From Chthoniobacterales bacterium (GTDB lineage: Bacteria; Verrucomicrobiota; Verrucomicrobiia; Chthoniobacterales; UBA10450): a DNA stretch of 64,000 bases. This document shows positions 36,106 to 45,630 of the stretch, piece by piece. Position 1 is the first letter of the stretch. Each line of letters opens with the position of its first letter. The stretch covers positions 149,313-213,312 of the forward strand of contig CBDCJE010000001.1 of the NCBI GenBank assembly GCA_965217735.1, given 5' to 3'. A model generated the notes under the pieces. That model had not been told where the DNA came from. It ran no database searches and saw only the letters and a program-made list of their open reading frames with translations. The position numbers were made by a program, and so were the translations under genes.

Positions 36106-38508
36106 TTATCCTAATCGCCGTTGTTGCACCGCCAGCAGGGGCGGAAAATCGAAAAAGGTCGGCGAGGCGACCCGGCGCAGTAATTCGGCCGCCGCAGTCT
36201 GCAACGCGCGCCAGCGTTCCCATTCCAGATCGGGCGCGACCGAGATGTGCCGGAGCAAGCTGCGCCATTCCATCAGAGCGCGCTCCACGTCGCCGTGCCG
36301 GAGCGTGTCGGAAGTGAGCCGGTAGCGTCCGGAGGGATGCTCGACCACTTCGCGCACCACCTCCGATGCGCCGGCGCCGTAATGCACCGGCACGCCCATC
36401 TCGAGATAACCGGGATGATCGGTCCGCTCGTAAACCGTCTGGCAAAGCGCGCCGAGCCGCCCGGCCAAGGGCGAATCCTCCGCAGCGAAGCGCGGGCCGG
36501 CCCGGATGTTGGCCAGGTCGAAAACCAGATCGTCGATCGGATAACTTTCATCCTCCAGCGCCGCTGCCACCGCCAGTCCTTCGCCGCCTTGGAAAAAGCC
36601 AAACACCACCCCGCGCCGGGTCGGCGTCCCATCCGCCTCGACCAACCCGAGCCGCCGCCAGGCGGAGGCGGGCGAGGCCACGATCTCGGCCGCACGATCG
36701 TGTTCCAACTCGGGGCAGCCACGGCAAACCAGCGGGAGCGCCTCCCGCTGCGGCGGGTCGAGCAGAGCCGCGCCTGACGAGTCACGCAACGCGCTCGTTT
36801 TGATCGCGGAAAAATCGAGCCGCGCGCTCAAAGTCTGCCCACGCCTTACGATCTCATCGACTAAGCCACCGTCGCTCCAGGTTAGCATGCCTGCTTTCAC
36901 CTGCTCGAAAAGCTCCTCCGCCTTCATCTGTTTCTGGCGCAGATGGCGACGCAGCCACTTCACCGGCTGGAGAATTTCTTCGTCCGCGGTCGCGGTCGCG
37001 ATCGGCACTTCCCGGCCGTAAATTTTGCGCTCACGCAGACGGCAGAGGTTTCCGATTTTGAAACGATCGAGCGTCTGCGGAAGGCGAAGCGCCGGGACCC
37101 AGCGCTCGCGTTCCCGGATCAATAATTCGCCTAACGAAGCCTCCTGCGGGGCAGCCGCGGCCGGCTCCCATTGCTGCCGGCTGTTCAGAATCTCCCGGAT
37201 CGGTCGCCTAACGAAACGAGCCCGTTCCGCATCGACCCAAAGTCCGCATGGCATCGGACCGGTCGCGAGCGAATGCTCCACCCCGAGCGGCACATTCTGC
37301 ACGCTGAAGAGCGAGCGGCTTAGCTCCACCGCCGCGGCAAACGGTTGCTCGCCCCGTTCCGCCGCGCCACGCATCACACTGATCAGGCTGGGCCAGTCGA
37401 CCTGGGTCGCCCGTTTTAATTGCCGCGGCCGGGCAAAGCTCAGGCGCGGCTGATCCGGGGTGAAGAGGATGAACCCGCTGTCGTCGAGCCCGCGCCGCCC
37501 CGCTCGGCCAAACATCTGCAGCAACTCATCCGGCTGGACCTGGCGCTCGAAATTTCCCGAGAGATAACGCGTCTCGGTGATGAGCACGGAGCGCATCGAG
37601 AAGTTGATCCCGGCCGCCAAACCCATCGTCGCCACCACGACGTTGAGCTGCCCGGCTTTGGCCAGCGGTTCAATCAAGCCGGCTCGGACCGCGTAGCTGA
37701 GCCCGCTGTGATGATAGGCGACGCGATTGCGCAGCAGTTTCGTTAGGCGTTTCCCCGCCAGCTGTTCCTGTTGCGGCGAAAGCGGGAGCGGATCGCGCAG
37801 CGGCACCGCGCTGGCGATGGCCTGGGCCAAATCCTCGGTCGCGTTGCGCAATGGCGCGAAAACCAGGATCGGCGCGAGGCCGTTGTGGAGCGCCTTGGCG
37901 ATCATGCGCGGCCAGAACTCCCGCGTTTTGACGAAGCCGGCCTCGGGCAGATTGCGCAAATCGACCTCGTGCTGCGGCACCGGCCGTTGCTCGTGCCTAA
38001 CGAGCACGGCATCGCGCCCCAGGCGGCGGAACCATTCCACCAAGTCCTGCGGATTGTTCACGCTCCCGCTGAGCAGGAGGAGCTGCGTCCCGGGCGGAGC
38101 GAGCGCGAGCGAGAGCTCGTAATGCACCCCGCGCACCGGGTCGGCGATGAGCTGATATTCATCCACCACCAGGAGGCGCGGACCCTGCCGGCGCAGGAAG
38201 CGCGTCCGCTGTGTCTCGAGCGTGGCTACGACCACTTTGGCGTCGAGGTTCAGGGCCAGGTCGCCGGTTGCGATCCCGACATCCCAGCCGCGCGCGCGCC
38301 ACTCAGCCAGCTTGTCGTTCGCCAGCGCGCGGGTCGGGACGGTGAACACGGCCTGCCCTTTCAGCGAAGGATAGAGCAGCTCGAAGATATAAGTCTTGCC
38401 CGCCCCGGTCGGCGCATGCACGACCACGTCTTTGCCCGCCTGCAAAGCGCGCACCGCCTCCTGCTGCCAGAGATCGGGCACAACCAGGTTGATCTCCAGC
38501 CCGCGCAT
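36106..38508 (-). CDS. Ski2-like DExH-box (superfamily 2) helicase
   Basis: 800 aa. Walker A HAPTGAGKTY, motif II VVDEYQ, SGS, helicase C motifs (ATMGLAAGINF, QMFGRAGRRG). Confidence 0.85.
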   Translation of the reverse strand: MRGLEINLVVPDLWQQEAVRALQAGKDVVVHAPTGAGKTYIFELLYPSLKGQAVFTVPTRALANDKLAEWRARGWDVGIATGDLALNLDAKVVVATLETQRTRFLRRQGPRLLVVDEYQLIADPVRGVHYELSLALAPPGTQLLLLSGSVNNPQDLVEWFRRLGRDAVLVRHEQRPVPQHEVDLRNLPEAGFVKTREFWPRMIAKALHNGLAPILVFAPLRNATEDLAQAIASAVPLRDPLPLSPQQEQLAGKRLTKLLRNRVAYHHSGLSYAVRAGLIEPLAKAGQLNVVVATMGLAAGINFSMRSVLITETRYLSGNFERQVQPDELLQMFGRAGRRGLDDSGFILFTPDQPRLSFARPRQLKRATQVDWPSLISVMRGAAERGEQPFAAAVELSRSLFSVQNVPLGVEHSLATGPMPCGLWVDAERARFVRRPIREILNSRQQWEPAAAAPQEASLGELLIRERERWVPALRLPQTLDRFKIGNLCRLRERKIYGREVPIATATADEEILQPVKWLRRHLRQKQMKAEELFEQVKAGMLTWSDGGLVDEIVRRGQTLSARLDFSAIKTSALRDSSGAALLDPPQREALPLVCRGCPELEHDRAAEIVASPASAWRRLGLVEADGTPTRRGVVFGFFQGGEGLAVAAALEDESYPIDDLVFDLANIRAGPRFAAEDSPLAGRLGALCQTVYERTDHPGYLEMGVPVHYGAGASEVVREVVEHPSGRYRLTSDTLRHGDVERALMEWRSLLRHISVAPDLEWERWRALQTAAAELLRRVASPTFFDFPPLLAVQQRRLG
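37129..37137 (-). repeat. TCGTTAGGC 9-mer, exact copy (GCCTAACGA on +)
   Basis: In the helicase gene (minus), Ser-Leu-Gly. Confidence 0.95.
37206..37214 (-). repeat. TCGTTAGGC 9-mer, exact copy (GCCTAACGA on +)
   Basis: In the helicase gene, read as TTC GTT AGG CGA = Phe-Val-Arg-Arg. Confidence 0.95.
37740..37748 (+). repeat. TCGTTAGGC 9-mer, exact copy
   Basis: In the helicase gene, Leu-Thr frame. Confidence 0.95.
37995..38003 (-). repeat. TCGTTAGGC 9-mer, exact copy (GCCTAACGA on +)
   Basis: In the helicase gene, read as CTC GTT AGG CAC = Leu-Val-Arg-His. Confidence 0.95.
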
Positions 38509-38561
38509 CGTGCCATCAAGATGAAGCGCTCTGGCGCGGCGGCAACGCGGCCGGCCCAGAT

Positions 38562-39458
38562 TTACTCAGAGCCGGTCTCGGTCAGGGCATATTCGCTCGT
38601 CGCGTATTCTCGGAAACGGCTCTCGAGCGAAGCCAGGCTGGAGAATTTCCCCGAGTAATAGCCGAGGAGCGCACGCTCAAACGGCTGGTGGCGGGACAGC
38701 GCATCGAGCAGGCCGAGAAAACTTGGCTTATCCGTGGCCGCGAGAAAGCGGACAAACTTCTCCGATTCCTCGTAAAACGTGCGCACCTTCTCCGTCTCGG
38801 CCGGGTAATCCATCGTGACCAACTCGGCCAGGGGAAAGAGCGACTCGTTAGGGATCAAACCCGAGACCGGTTTCGAAATATAGCCGCGCGCCCGGCGATA
38901 ACTGGCGTGCGCCTTGATCGAGACATATTGCGCGAAACCTTCGTCGAGCCAGCGCGGGATCCCATCCGGGTAGTAGCGATGCATGATGAGGTGAGCCACT
39001 TCATGCCCGAGCGTGTTGTTGGCAAACTTGCGCGCCGGATCGCGCTGAATGAACAAGCTCCCCTGGGAATGGATTCCGCCGGTCCATTTCTCGAGATGAC
39101 CGACCCCTTGGAATTCGCGCCAGTCGTCCGGTTTCTCGAAAATGTAGATGTGCGATTTGGTGTCGCCGCTGGGAGGCTCGCGCTCCAGCTCTTTCACGAT
39201 CACCCGATAATAGAATTCGGCTTCGACCGAGATCGGTGTCGCAACGTAACCATGCACGAAGTGATAGATGAAATGCTCCGTCTCGGCGTGCTTCCATTCC
39301 TCCGCATGAATGGCCAGGGCGCGCGCGCCGAGCGGGTTCGGATCGCTTTGGCTGAGGCTGGAGAAATCAACTTCCGGCAGGCTGCTGAGCTGCGCCTGCA
39401 GCGGGCGCAGGAAGACAAAAACCAGAATGAGACAAAGGACGGCCGGGCGAGGAATCAC
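38562..39458 (-). CDS. Secreted zinc-metallopeptidase-like protein (peptidase MA-type HExxH...E)
   Basis: 298 aa. Signal peptide. LGHEVAHLIMH followed by WLDEGFAQY. Confidence 0.6.
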   Translation of the reverse strand: MIPRPAVLCLILVFVFLRPLQAQLSSLPEVDFSSLSQSDPNPLGARALAIHAEEWKHAETEHFIYHFVHGYVATPISVEAEFYYRVIVKELEREPPSGDTKSHIYIFEKPDDWREFQGVGHLEKWTGGIHSQGSLFIQRDPARKFANNTLGHEVAHLIMHRYYPDGIPRWLDEGFAQYVSIKAHASYRRARGYISKPVSGLIPNESLFPLAELVTMDYPAETEKVRTFYEESEKFVRFLAATDKPSFLGLLDALSRHQPFERALLGYYSGKFSSLASLESRFREYATSEYALTETGSE

Positions 39459-39505
39459 AGCTCTGAGGAAGAGCTACAATCGTGCGAGGAAGAACCGAAA
39501 CGCCG

Positions 39506-40153
39506 CTAATTCAGGCGAGCTGCCGCCCGCTCTTTCCCATCCAACTCCAGCACCATGCGCTTGATGTGCCGATACTTGGTATGGTTAGCCAACTTGCGCC
39601 GGCTCACTTCCGCATCGCCCCAATGCACCACCTGGATCGTTTCCTGGCGCACGCCCCAACTGTTCATCGCGCGCGGGTTCGCCATGTAAAGGTCGATGGT
39701 GTTCCGCCCCGAAAGCGCCCAGCCGTAGTCCTCGACCCGATAAAGCTGTCCAGTGGAAAGAACCCGGAAGATCGTCCCGGCCGGCCAGCGCGCCCAATCC
39801 GCCGCCGCGCTCCCATAGATTTGATTCGTGAGGCGATCGCCCCGGAAAGGTTGCGATGGGATGACGTAGGCGATCTGCTGGTAACCATCTTGCGGCCCTC
39901 GAAAAACCGGCGCCGCCACCGGGATGGCCCGCGGCACCATCGGGCGCGCGGCTGCATGCAGAACGCCGCCCAGCGCGGTCCGATTGCCGTACTGCTTATG
40001 ATCCGACTCCGTGTGGGTGTAAGCGGTCGTGCGAACCGACTGAAACTCCGTCTTGGCCAGTGGCCGCTCGTAAGCCGGCAAACTGCGGGTGGTGCCGCAG
40101 GCGCCTAACGACAGCGCAGCCGCGGCGGCGAGCAGGGCAGGATAAATTCTCAT
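39506..40153 (-). CDS. 3D-domain lipoprotein (MltA/RlpA-like fold, cell-wall associated)
   Basis: 215 aa. Lipobox LSLGAC. TAYTHTESDH... and YRVEDYGWALSGRNTIDLYM, typical of the 3D domain. Confidence 0.7.
   Translation of the reverse strand: MRIYPALLAAAAALSLGACGTTRSLPAYERPLAKTEFQSVRTTAYTHTESDHKQYGNRTALGGVLHAAARPMVPRAIPVAAPVFRGPQDGYQQIAYVIPSQPFRGDRLTNQIYGSAAADWARWPAGTIFRVLSTGQLYRVEDYGWALSGRNTIDLYMANPRAMNSWGVRQETIQVVHWGDAEVSRRKLANHTKYRHIKRMVLELDGKERAAARLN
40102..40110 (-). repeat. TCGTTAGGC 9-mer, exact copy (GCCTAACGA on +)
   Basis: In the 3D-domain lipoprotein signal peptide, Ser-Leu-Gly of the lipobox LSLGAC. Confidence 0.95.
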
Positions 40154-40420
40154 TCCGAGTGAGTCGGGAAGTTATTAACAGTTATTCACAAGCACAACAA
40201 GGGGCGACTTTGCCCAGTTGTGAATTCGTTCTCGTTCCCGAAACAAGCATGAACAGCCAGGCCGAACAAAGCGGCGAAGCGAAAGATCGAAACGGGACTT
40301 CCGACCACGCCGCGGACGTAGAGATGGCGGTCGAGCTTTCTGCCGTGCAACACCGTCCGTGAACCGCGCACCAGTCCGAGCATCGCCCGAGCCAGCCGGA
40401 CGGCGCCCGACCAGACCTTT

Positions 40421-40592
40421 TATTCGCTCCGGCATGTGGCCGGTCACTTCGAAATACTCGAGCCGGACTTGGATCCCAATTTTAGTCTCGAAAGTGCGCT
40501 CTCCAATTCTAAAAATGGGAATTTATACCTCACAATTGAGCGGTGTAAGTAACGGCACGGGCGTTGGGTTGATCGAAATGTACGAATACTAA
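40421..40592 (+). pseudogene. Decayed fragment of the ~125-aa C-terminal module (frameshifted remnant)
   Basis: One frame reads ...EILEPDLDPNFSLESALSNSKNG; the adjacent frame reads GIYTSQLSGVSNGTGVGLIEMYEY*. Together these mimic ...P.ESA...L.pGxYTA.V.G..GTG.GLVEVY of the modules at 29459-30235 and 41420-41794. AT-rich, with no start or upstream domain. Confidence 0.35.
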
Positions 40593-40599
40593 CAATCCT

Positions 40600-41797
40600 A
40601 TGAAAACAAGAACTCTATCTCTTCTTCTGCAGGCATTCGCTCTGACGAGCGGATTTAGTTGCTTCTCTGCCGCCGCCGCGCCGGGCGATCTGTATGTGGC
40701 CGAAAACGGATCGTTGGTGGGGAATTCCATTCTCGTCTTTGACCCGGCTGGCACTCGAAGCACTCTCGCCACCGGCTTTGATACCCCTGCGGGGCTAGCC
40801 TTCGATCGATCAGGGGAACCTGTTTGTGGCGGACGGCGCCACCGCAACGATCTACAAGATCACGCCGGCTGGAGACAAGACCACGTTCGCTGCCGGATTC
40901 CAAGGGCTCGGCGGTCTTGCTTTTGACTCGTCTGGGAACCTCTTCGCTGCAGAAAGTGGTGGTGGCGTGATCGCAAAGGTGAATCCAGACGGGACTAAGA
41001 ACATCTTCGCTTCGGGATTAAATTCTCCAAACGGCCTGGCTTTTGATACCTCCGCTAATCTTTATGTTACTGAAACCGTTAAGGGCACCATCGACAAAAT
41101 CGGCCCCGACGGAACGAAGAGCACTTTCGCATCGGGACTTAATAATCCATCAGGCATGACCTTTGACGGGGCGGGTAACCTCTATGTATCTGATAGCGGC
41201 AGTGGTACGGTCTTCAAGTTCACTACCAGCGGAGCAAAAAGCACGTTCGCGTCCGGTTTAGGTTTTGTGGGCGCACTTGCCTTTGATGGCTCGGGCCGGC
41301 TGTTCGCAGGCACATTCGATAAGATTTTGAAATTCGCCGGCGACGGCACAAGCACCGTCTTCGCCAACTCAATAATTGCCGGCCCTTTTGCTTTCGAACT
41401 ATTCCCAGAAAAGCTGCGCAACATCAGCGCACGCGGGTTGGTGGGGACGGGGGATGATGCGCTGATTGGCGGCTTCATTGTCGGCGAGAGTGCTCTGGCG
41501 ATTAACGCCGTTCTCGTTAGGGCAATTGGACCATCCTTGAGCGCCGCCGGCGTGACGAACCCGCTGGCCGATCCGACGCTGGAACTGCACAACTCCAGCG
41601 GAGCGATTGTGGCCTCGAATGACGACTGGCAGGACACACAGGAGGAACTGATCAACACCGCCGGTCGGGCACCGAGCGAGCCTAACGAGTCCGCGATCTA
41701 TGCGACCCTGCCGGCCGGTAGTTATACAGCGGTCGTGCGTGGGGCCGGGGAGACGACCGGGACGGCTCTGGTCGAAGTCTACATCATCGGGCAATAG
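40600..41797 (+). pseudogene. Secreted NHL-type six-bladed beta-propeller protein with the shared C-terminal module; reading frame broken by +1 shift at G4 run 40813-40816
   Basis: ORFs 40600..40926 and 40826..41797 join if one G is removed: ...PAGLAFDRSG|NLFVADGATATIYKI. That restores the ~42-aa repeat GLAFDxxGNL(F/Y)V...G.I.K..P.G...FA. The 'M' at 40826 is the V of NLFVADG. A sequencing error cannot be excluded. Confidence 0.75.
41680..41688 (-). repeat. TCGTTAGGC 9-mer, exact copy (GCCTAACGA on +)
   Basis: In the NHL-propeller gene C-terminal module, Pro-Asn-Glu. Confidence 0.95.
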
Positions 41798-42004
41798 GGC
41801 CGCTACGGCTTGCTTCGAGCGGGAAAGATAGCGGGGAAATTGACCCCGGGTTGCTCGAATAATGAGCGAGCCAGGCTCGAGACAGTTCCGCGTTCATCCC
41901 TTCTTCCCCATCCGTGAAATCCGCGTAATCCGCGGTCAATCATCTCTCCGCCGGCGCTGCAGGCTGCAATTGGCATTTGCGACACGATTACGGAAGATTG
42001 CGCC

Positions 42005-43189
42005 ATGCTCGCGAAATTTGCCAATCACCTCTCCCACACCCTCGAGGAAATCAAAGCGCAGGGATTGTACAAAACTGAACGCATCATCACCGGACCGCAG
42101 AACGCCGAGATCCCGATCGCGGACGGCCGCCGGGTGATTAATCTCTGCGCTAATAACTACCTCGGCCTGGCCGATCATCCCGTGCTCATCGCCGCGGCCA
42201 AGGAAGCGCTCGACTCCCATGGCTTCGGCATGGCCAGCGTCCGCTTCATTTGCGGCACGCAGGATATTCACAAGGAATTGGAAGCCGCTCTGACGAAATT
42301 TCTCGGGACGGAGGAGACCATTCTTTATCCCTCCTGCTTCGACGCCAACGGCGGGCTTTTCGAGACGCTGCTAGGCGCGGAGGACGCGGTCATTTCCGAT
42401 GAGCTCAATCACGCCTCGATCATCGATGGAGTGCGGCTGTGCAAGGCGAAACGCTTTCGCTACAAAAACAGCGACATGGCCGATCTCGAAGCGCAACTGC
42501 AGGCGGCGAAAGAGGCGCGTTTCCGGCTCATCGCGACCGACGGCGTTTTCTCGATGGACGGCACGATCGCGAACCTGAAAGGCATCTGCGATCTGGCCGA
42601 AAAATACGACGCCTTGGTCATGGTGGACGACGCCCACGCGGCCGGGTTCATCGGCAAAACCGGACGCGGCACGCCGGAACATTGCGGAGTGCAGGGAAGG
42701 GTCGACATCCTCACCGGCACCCTCGGCAAAGCGCTCGGCGGCGCGAGCGGCGGCTACACCAGCGGGCGCAAGGAAATCGTCGCCCTCCTCCGCCAGCGCT
42801 CGCGGCCGTACCTTTTCTCCAACACCGTCGCGCCGCCGATCGTGGCGGCCTCGCTCAAGACGCTCGAGATGCTGAGTAGTTCCACCGAGCTGCGCGACAA
42901 GCTGGAGGAGAACACAAAATACTTCCGCGCCGCCCTGACCGAAAAAGGCCTAACGATCAAACCAGGCACTCATCCGATCGTCCCGATCATGCTGGGCGAC
43001 GCCGCCCTTTCGCAAAAATTTGCCGCCCGGATGTTGGAGAAAGGTGTTTACGTGATTGGCTTTTTCTACCCGGTCGTGCCGCACGGCACCGCGCGGGTGC
43101 GCACGCAGGTCAGCGCGGCGCATTCGCGGGAGGAGCTGGAGCGCGCGGTCGAAGCCTTCGCCGAGACGAATGCCGAACTGGTCGCCTAA
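42005..43189 (+). CDS. kbl: 2-amino-3-ketobutyrate CoA ligase (glycine C-acetyltransferase)
   Basis: 394 aa. [37 protein letters not shown] (PLP lysine). Confidence 0.92.
   Translation: MLAKFANHLSHTLEEIKAQGLYKTERIITGPQNAEIPIADGRRVINLCANNYLGLADHPVLIAAAKEALDSHGFGMASVRFICGTQDIHKELEAALTKFLGTEETILYPSCFDANGGLFETLLGAEDAVISDELNHASIIDGVRLCKAKRFRYKNSDMADLEAQLQAAKEARFRLIATDGVFSMDGTIANLKGICDLAEKYDALVMVDDAHAAGFIGKTGRGTPEHCGVQGRVDILTGTLGKALGGASGGYTSGRKEIVALLRQRSRPYLFSNTVAPPIVAASLKTLEMLSSSTELRDKLEENTKYFRAALTEKGLTIKPGTHPIVPIMLGDAALSQKFAARMLEKGVYVIGFFYPVVPHGTARVRTQVSAAHSREELERAVEAFAETNAELVA
42948..42956 (-). repeat. TCGTTAGGC 9-mer, exact copy (GCCTAACGA on +)
   Basis: In kbl, Leu-Thr frame. Confidence 0.95.
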
Positions 43190-43192
43190 CGA
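43184..43192 (-). repeat. TCGTTAGGC 9-mer, exact copy (GCCTAACGA on +)
   Basis: Supplies the kbl TAA stop. Confidence 0.95.
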
Positions 43193-43196
43193 AATA

Positions 43197-43261
43197 TTGT
43201 AGGGCGGGCGCTTGGCCAGCCGTGATTCTGGAACTGGGCAGGCGGAGCGCCCGCCCTACAA
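43197..43261. terminator. Palindromic element / bidirectional hairpin at a convergent gene junction (same family as 15215-15279)
   Basis: Perfect 16-nt arms TTGTAGGGCGGGCGCT (43197-43212) and AGCGCCCGCCCTACAA (43246-43261), 33-nt loop. Confidence 0.6.
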
Positions 43262-43298
43262 CGGCCTTGGAGGGACGGACGCCGTGTCGTCCGTGTTT

Positions 43299-44495
43299 CT
43301 ACCGGCTCCGACGATGCAGGGCGATGCTGGAGCCGACCCAGGTTTTGTCCTTGTTGAAGTCGACCCCCATCATCTTGCCCTGGCTCATCCGGACGAGGTT
43401 GTTGACCAGGACCGGCTCAACCTCTTCTGGCCAGAGGAACATCATCCGAATTTCCGCTTTGGAACGATGACCATCGACCGTCGGCACAAACTCGGCGTAG
43501 GTCACCTTGCGCTGCAGGATCCAACTATGTGGCTCATCGATTGCGGCCAGTTTTTCCGGGGTCGGATCCATTTCCACCCCAAGCCCGGCAAAGGAATAAA
43601 GCGGCTTGAGGACGTAATCCTGCAATGATTCGTTAGCGGGAAATTGGTCGGCAAAGTAGGCGTTGGAGGAATATTTCGATTTCAGGAAGGGGAGCGAATA
43701 TTTGCTGATCCGAAAATAGAAATTGGGATGCCCGACCCATTTGATATCGAGATCGTCGCGGAAATCGAAGCCCGGCCGCAGCTCCGGCCGGCGCAGCAGC
43801 TCATCGAAGATGACCCGGTTATAAATTCGATCGATCCGGATTTCGCGTCCCTTGTGCTGGTAGAAGAGCTGGCGGCCGCGCTTCTTTATGCTCGTTAGGC
43901 ACACGGGCCGCACCCCCAGCCCGATCTCGGAGCGAGCGAAATCGATCCGCGTTTTCTGCCGTTCCGGCTCGATCTCGAGCAGGATGACGTTCTCCGGATC
44001 CGCCTCGCCCACGATCACGCTGCGCAGCAGCTCGAGATAGGAAATTTCGTCGTGGCCACTGAAGAAGGGTTGCCAGCCTTCCGGTAGATCGGGAAAGGCA
44101 TCGCGCAGGCAGCGCCAGAAAAAGAGCTGATAAGAGTAAAGGCTGGGAAAGCCCTGTAGCTCGATCAACTGCGGCCGGAGGCGCCCATCCTCTTCCTGGC
44201 AGACGGCGAAATCGACCTGCACGAAGAGTGGGTGCGGGTTTTCGTTAGGCACGACCAGCCGCGGCGGAATGGCCTCGCGCGCCTGGGCGAGAACTTCGGG
44301 CTGTTGCACCTGGGCGACGATCTCCCGCGCCGCCGACGTGATCTCGTCGGTGAATTCCGGGGTGAGAAAAATCGGCGTTTCGGAAATCCGGAAATCAGCC
44401 GGCCAGATCTGCGTCTCGTTCACCGCCCGCAGCAGCGCAGCGTATTTGTCTTCGCTAAAGTTGGCGTTGAAGCGGGCCCGCTCGGTCGGTTCCAT
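43299..44495 (-). CDS. Conserved hypothetical protein (ATP-grasp-like fold possible)
   Basis: 398 aa, coding-like GC3, full-length ORF between a hairpin and the dehydrogenase gene. No diagnostic motif that I can name with confidence. Confidence 0.7.
   Translation of the reverse strand: MEPTERARFNANFSEDKYAALLRAVNETQIWPADFRISETPIFLTPEFTDEITSAAREIVAQVQQPEVLAQAREAIPPRLVVPNENPHPLFVQVDFAVCQEEDGRLRPQLIELQGFPSLYSYQLFFWRCLRDAFPDLPEGWQPFFSGHDEISYLELLRSVIVGEADPENVILLEIEPERQKTRIDFARSEIGLGVRPVCLTSIKKRGRQLFYQHKGREIRIDRIYNRVIFDELLRRPELRPGFDFRDDLDIKWVGHPNFYFRISKYSLPFLKSKYSSNAYFADQFPANESLQDYVLKPLYSFAGLGVEMDPTPEKLAAIDEPHSWILQRKVTYAEFVPTVDGHRSKAEIRMMFLWPEEVEPVLVNNLVRMSQGKMMGVDFNKDKTWVGSSIALHRRSR
43902..43910 (+). 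repeat. TCGTTAGGC 9-mer, exact copy
   Basis: In minus-strand hypothetical gene 43299..44495, Leu-Thr frame. Confidence 0.95.
44242..44250 (+). repeat. TCGTTAGGC 9-mer, exact copy
   Basis: In the same gene, Pro-Asn-Glu. Confidence 0.95.
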
Positions 44496-44505
44496 GAGGC
44501 CGAGG

Positions 44506-45615
44506 CTAGCTCTGAAAAGCCTCTTTGTTCACCACGTAGGGCATTTTGGTCGGATCGCCGCTGTGATTCCCCTCCAGCACATCGATCACAGCCTGAGCGG
44601 TACGGCCGGCCATGCCTTTTTCCGGGTCGACCGAGAGCCGGGTGATCTTGCCGCCGCTGGCGAAATGGTGAAACAACCGCGTCCGATCGGCGATCTCAGG
44701 ATCAAGCAGTGGCGAATCGCCCGGCAATGGTTCCTTCTCGAAAACATCCAAGGCGGCGCCCGCGATGACATTCTCCTTCAGCGCCTGGGCGAGTGCATTC
44801 TCATCCACCACCGGACCGCGCGAGCTATTCACGAGATAAGCCGTCGGTTTCATCATCCTGAGTGTCTTCTCATTGAGCAGGTGATAAGTCGGCTTGTCCG
44901 TCTCGCCTTCGCGCAGGAGCGGGACATGGATGCTGACGTAATCCGCCTGGCGCATCGCTTCCTCGAAGTCGACATACTTGATGCAGGTCTTTTCTTTCTG
45001 GATGCCTTTGTCGTAGCGCAGGTCCATTAACTCCTGGATCGAGCTGACGTAACTCTCGTTCTGATAAGCCGGGTCGTAACAAAGAATGTTCATGTCGAAG
45101 CCAGAGCATTTCTTGATCATGGCCAGACCGATGCGCCCGGTTCCGACGACGGCGATGGTCTTACCCGTCACCTCGTCACCGAGGAAAGGAAGAAACGGGT
45201 GCCAGGAGGGCCAGGTCTGGTCCCGCACCATCCGCTCGCTCGCGTACATCTTCCGCGCCACCATTCCCATCATGAAGAAAGCAAACTCAGCCGTCGCCTC
45301 GGTCAGGACATCGGCCGTGTTAGTGAATGGAATCTTATACTTATTTGCGTCGGCGCGATTGATGTTATCGAAGCCGACGGCGATCTGCGCTACCACCTTG
45401 AGTGAGTCTTTGCCCGCTTCGAAGATCTCGGCGTCGATCGGGTCGCGCAGGGTGGTGATCAAGGCATCGATCCCACTCTTCACTTTCTCGATGATCAGGC
45501 TCTTGGGCGGAGCATCGGGCCCTTGGAAAACTTCCAGGTCATAGCGCTCGCGCAGTCGGTTCTCGGCCGGGTCGCCGATTCGTGAGGTAGCAAAGACTCG
45601 TTTCTTATCGCTCAT
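44506..45615 (-). CDS. D-isomer-specific 2-hydroxyacid dehydrogenase (hydroxypyruvate/glyoxylate reductase-like)
   Basis: 369 aa. NAD fold GKTIAVVGTGRIGLAM; catalytic region LVNSSRGPVVDE...ALDVFEKEP. Confidence 0.88.
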   Translation of the reverse strand: MSDKKRVFATSRIGDPAENRLRERYDLEVFQGPDAPPKSLIIEKVKSGIDALITTLRDPIDAEIFEAGKDSLKVVAQIAVGFDNINRADANKYKIPFTNTADVLTEATAEFAFFMMGMVARKMYASERMVRDQTWPSWHPFLPFLGDEVTGKTIAVVGTGRIGLAMIKKCSGFDMNILCYDPAYQNESYVSSIQELMDLRYDKGIQKEKTCIKYVDFEEAMRQADYVSIHVPLLREGETDKPTYHLLNEKTLRMMKPTAYLVNSSRGPVVDENALAQALKENVIAGAALDVFEKEPLPGDSPLLDPEIADRTRLFHHFASGGKITRLSVDPEKGMAGRTAQAVIDVLEGNHSGDPTKMPYVVNKEAFQS

Positions 45616-45630
45616 GAATTTTGTGCTCGG

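Noticed and set aside
41880-41960. CATCCCTTCTTCCCCATCCGTGAAATCCGCGTAATCCGCGGTCAATCATC upstream of kbl, considered as a riboswitch or another REP family.
   Set aside because: There is a single copy in the window. I recognise no riboswitch consensus, and only a short CCGCG...CGCGG self-complement. It cannot be supported from this window alone.
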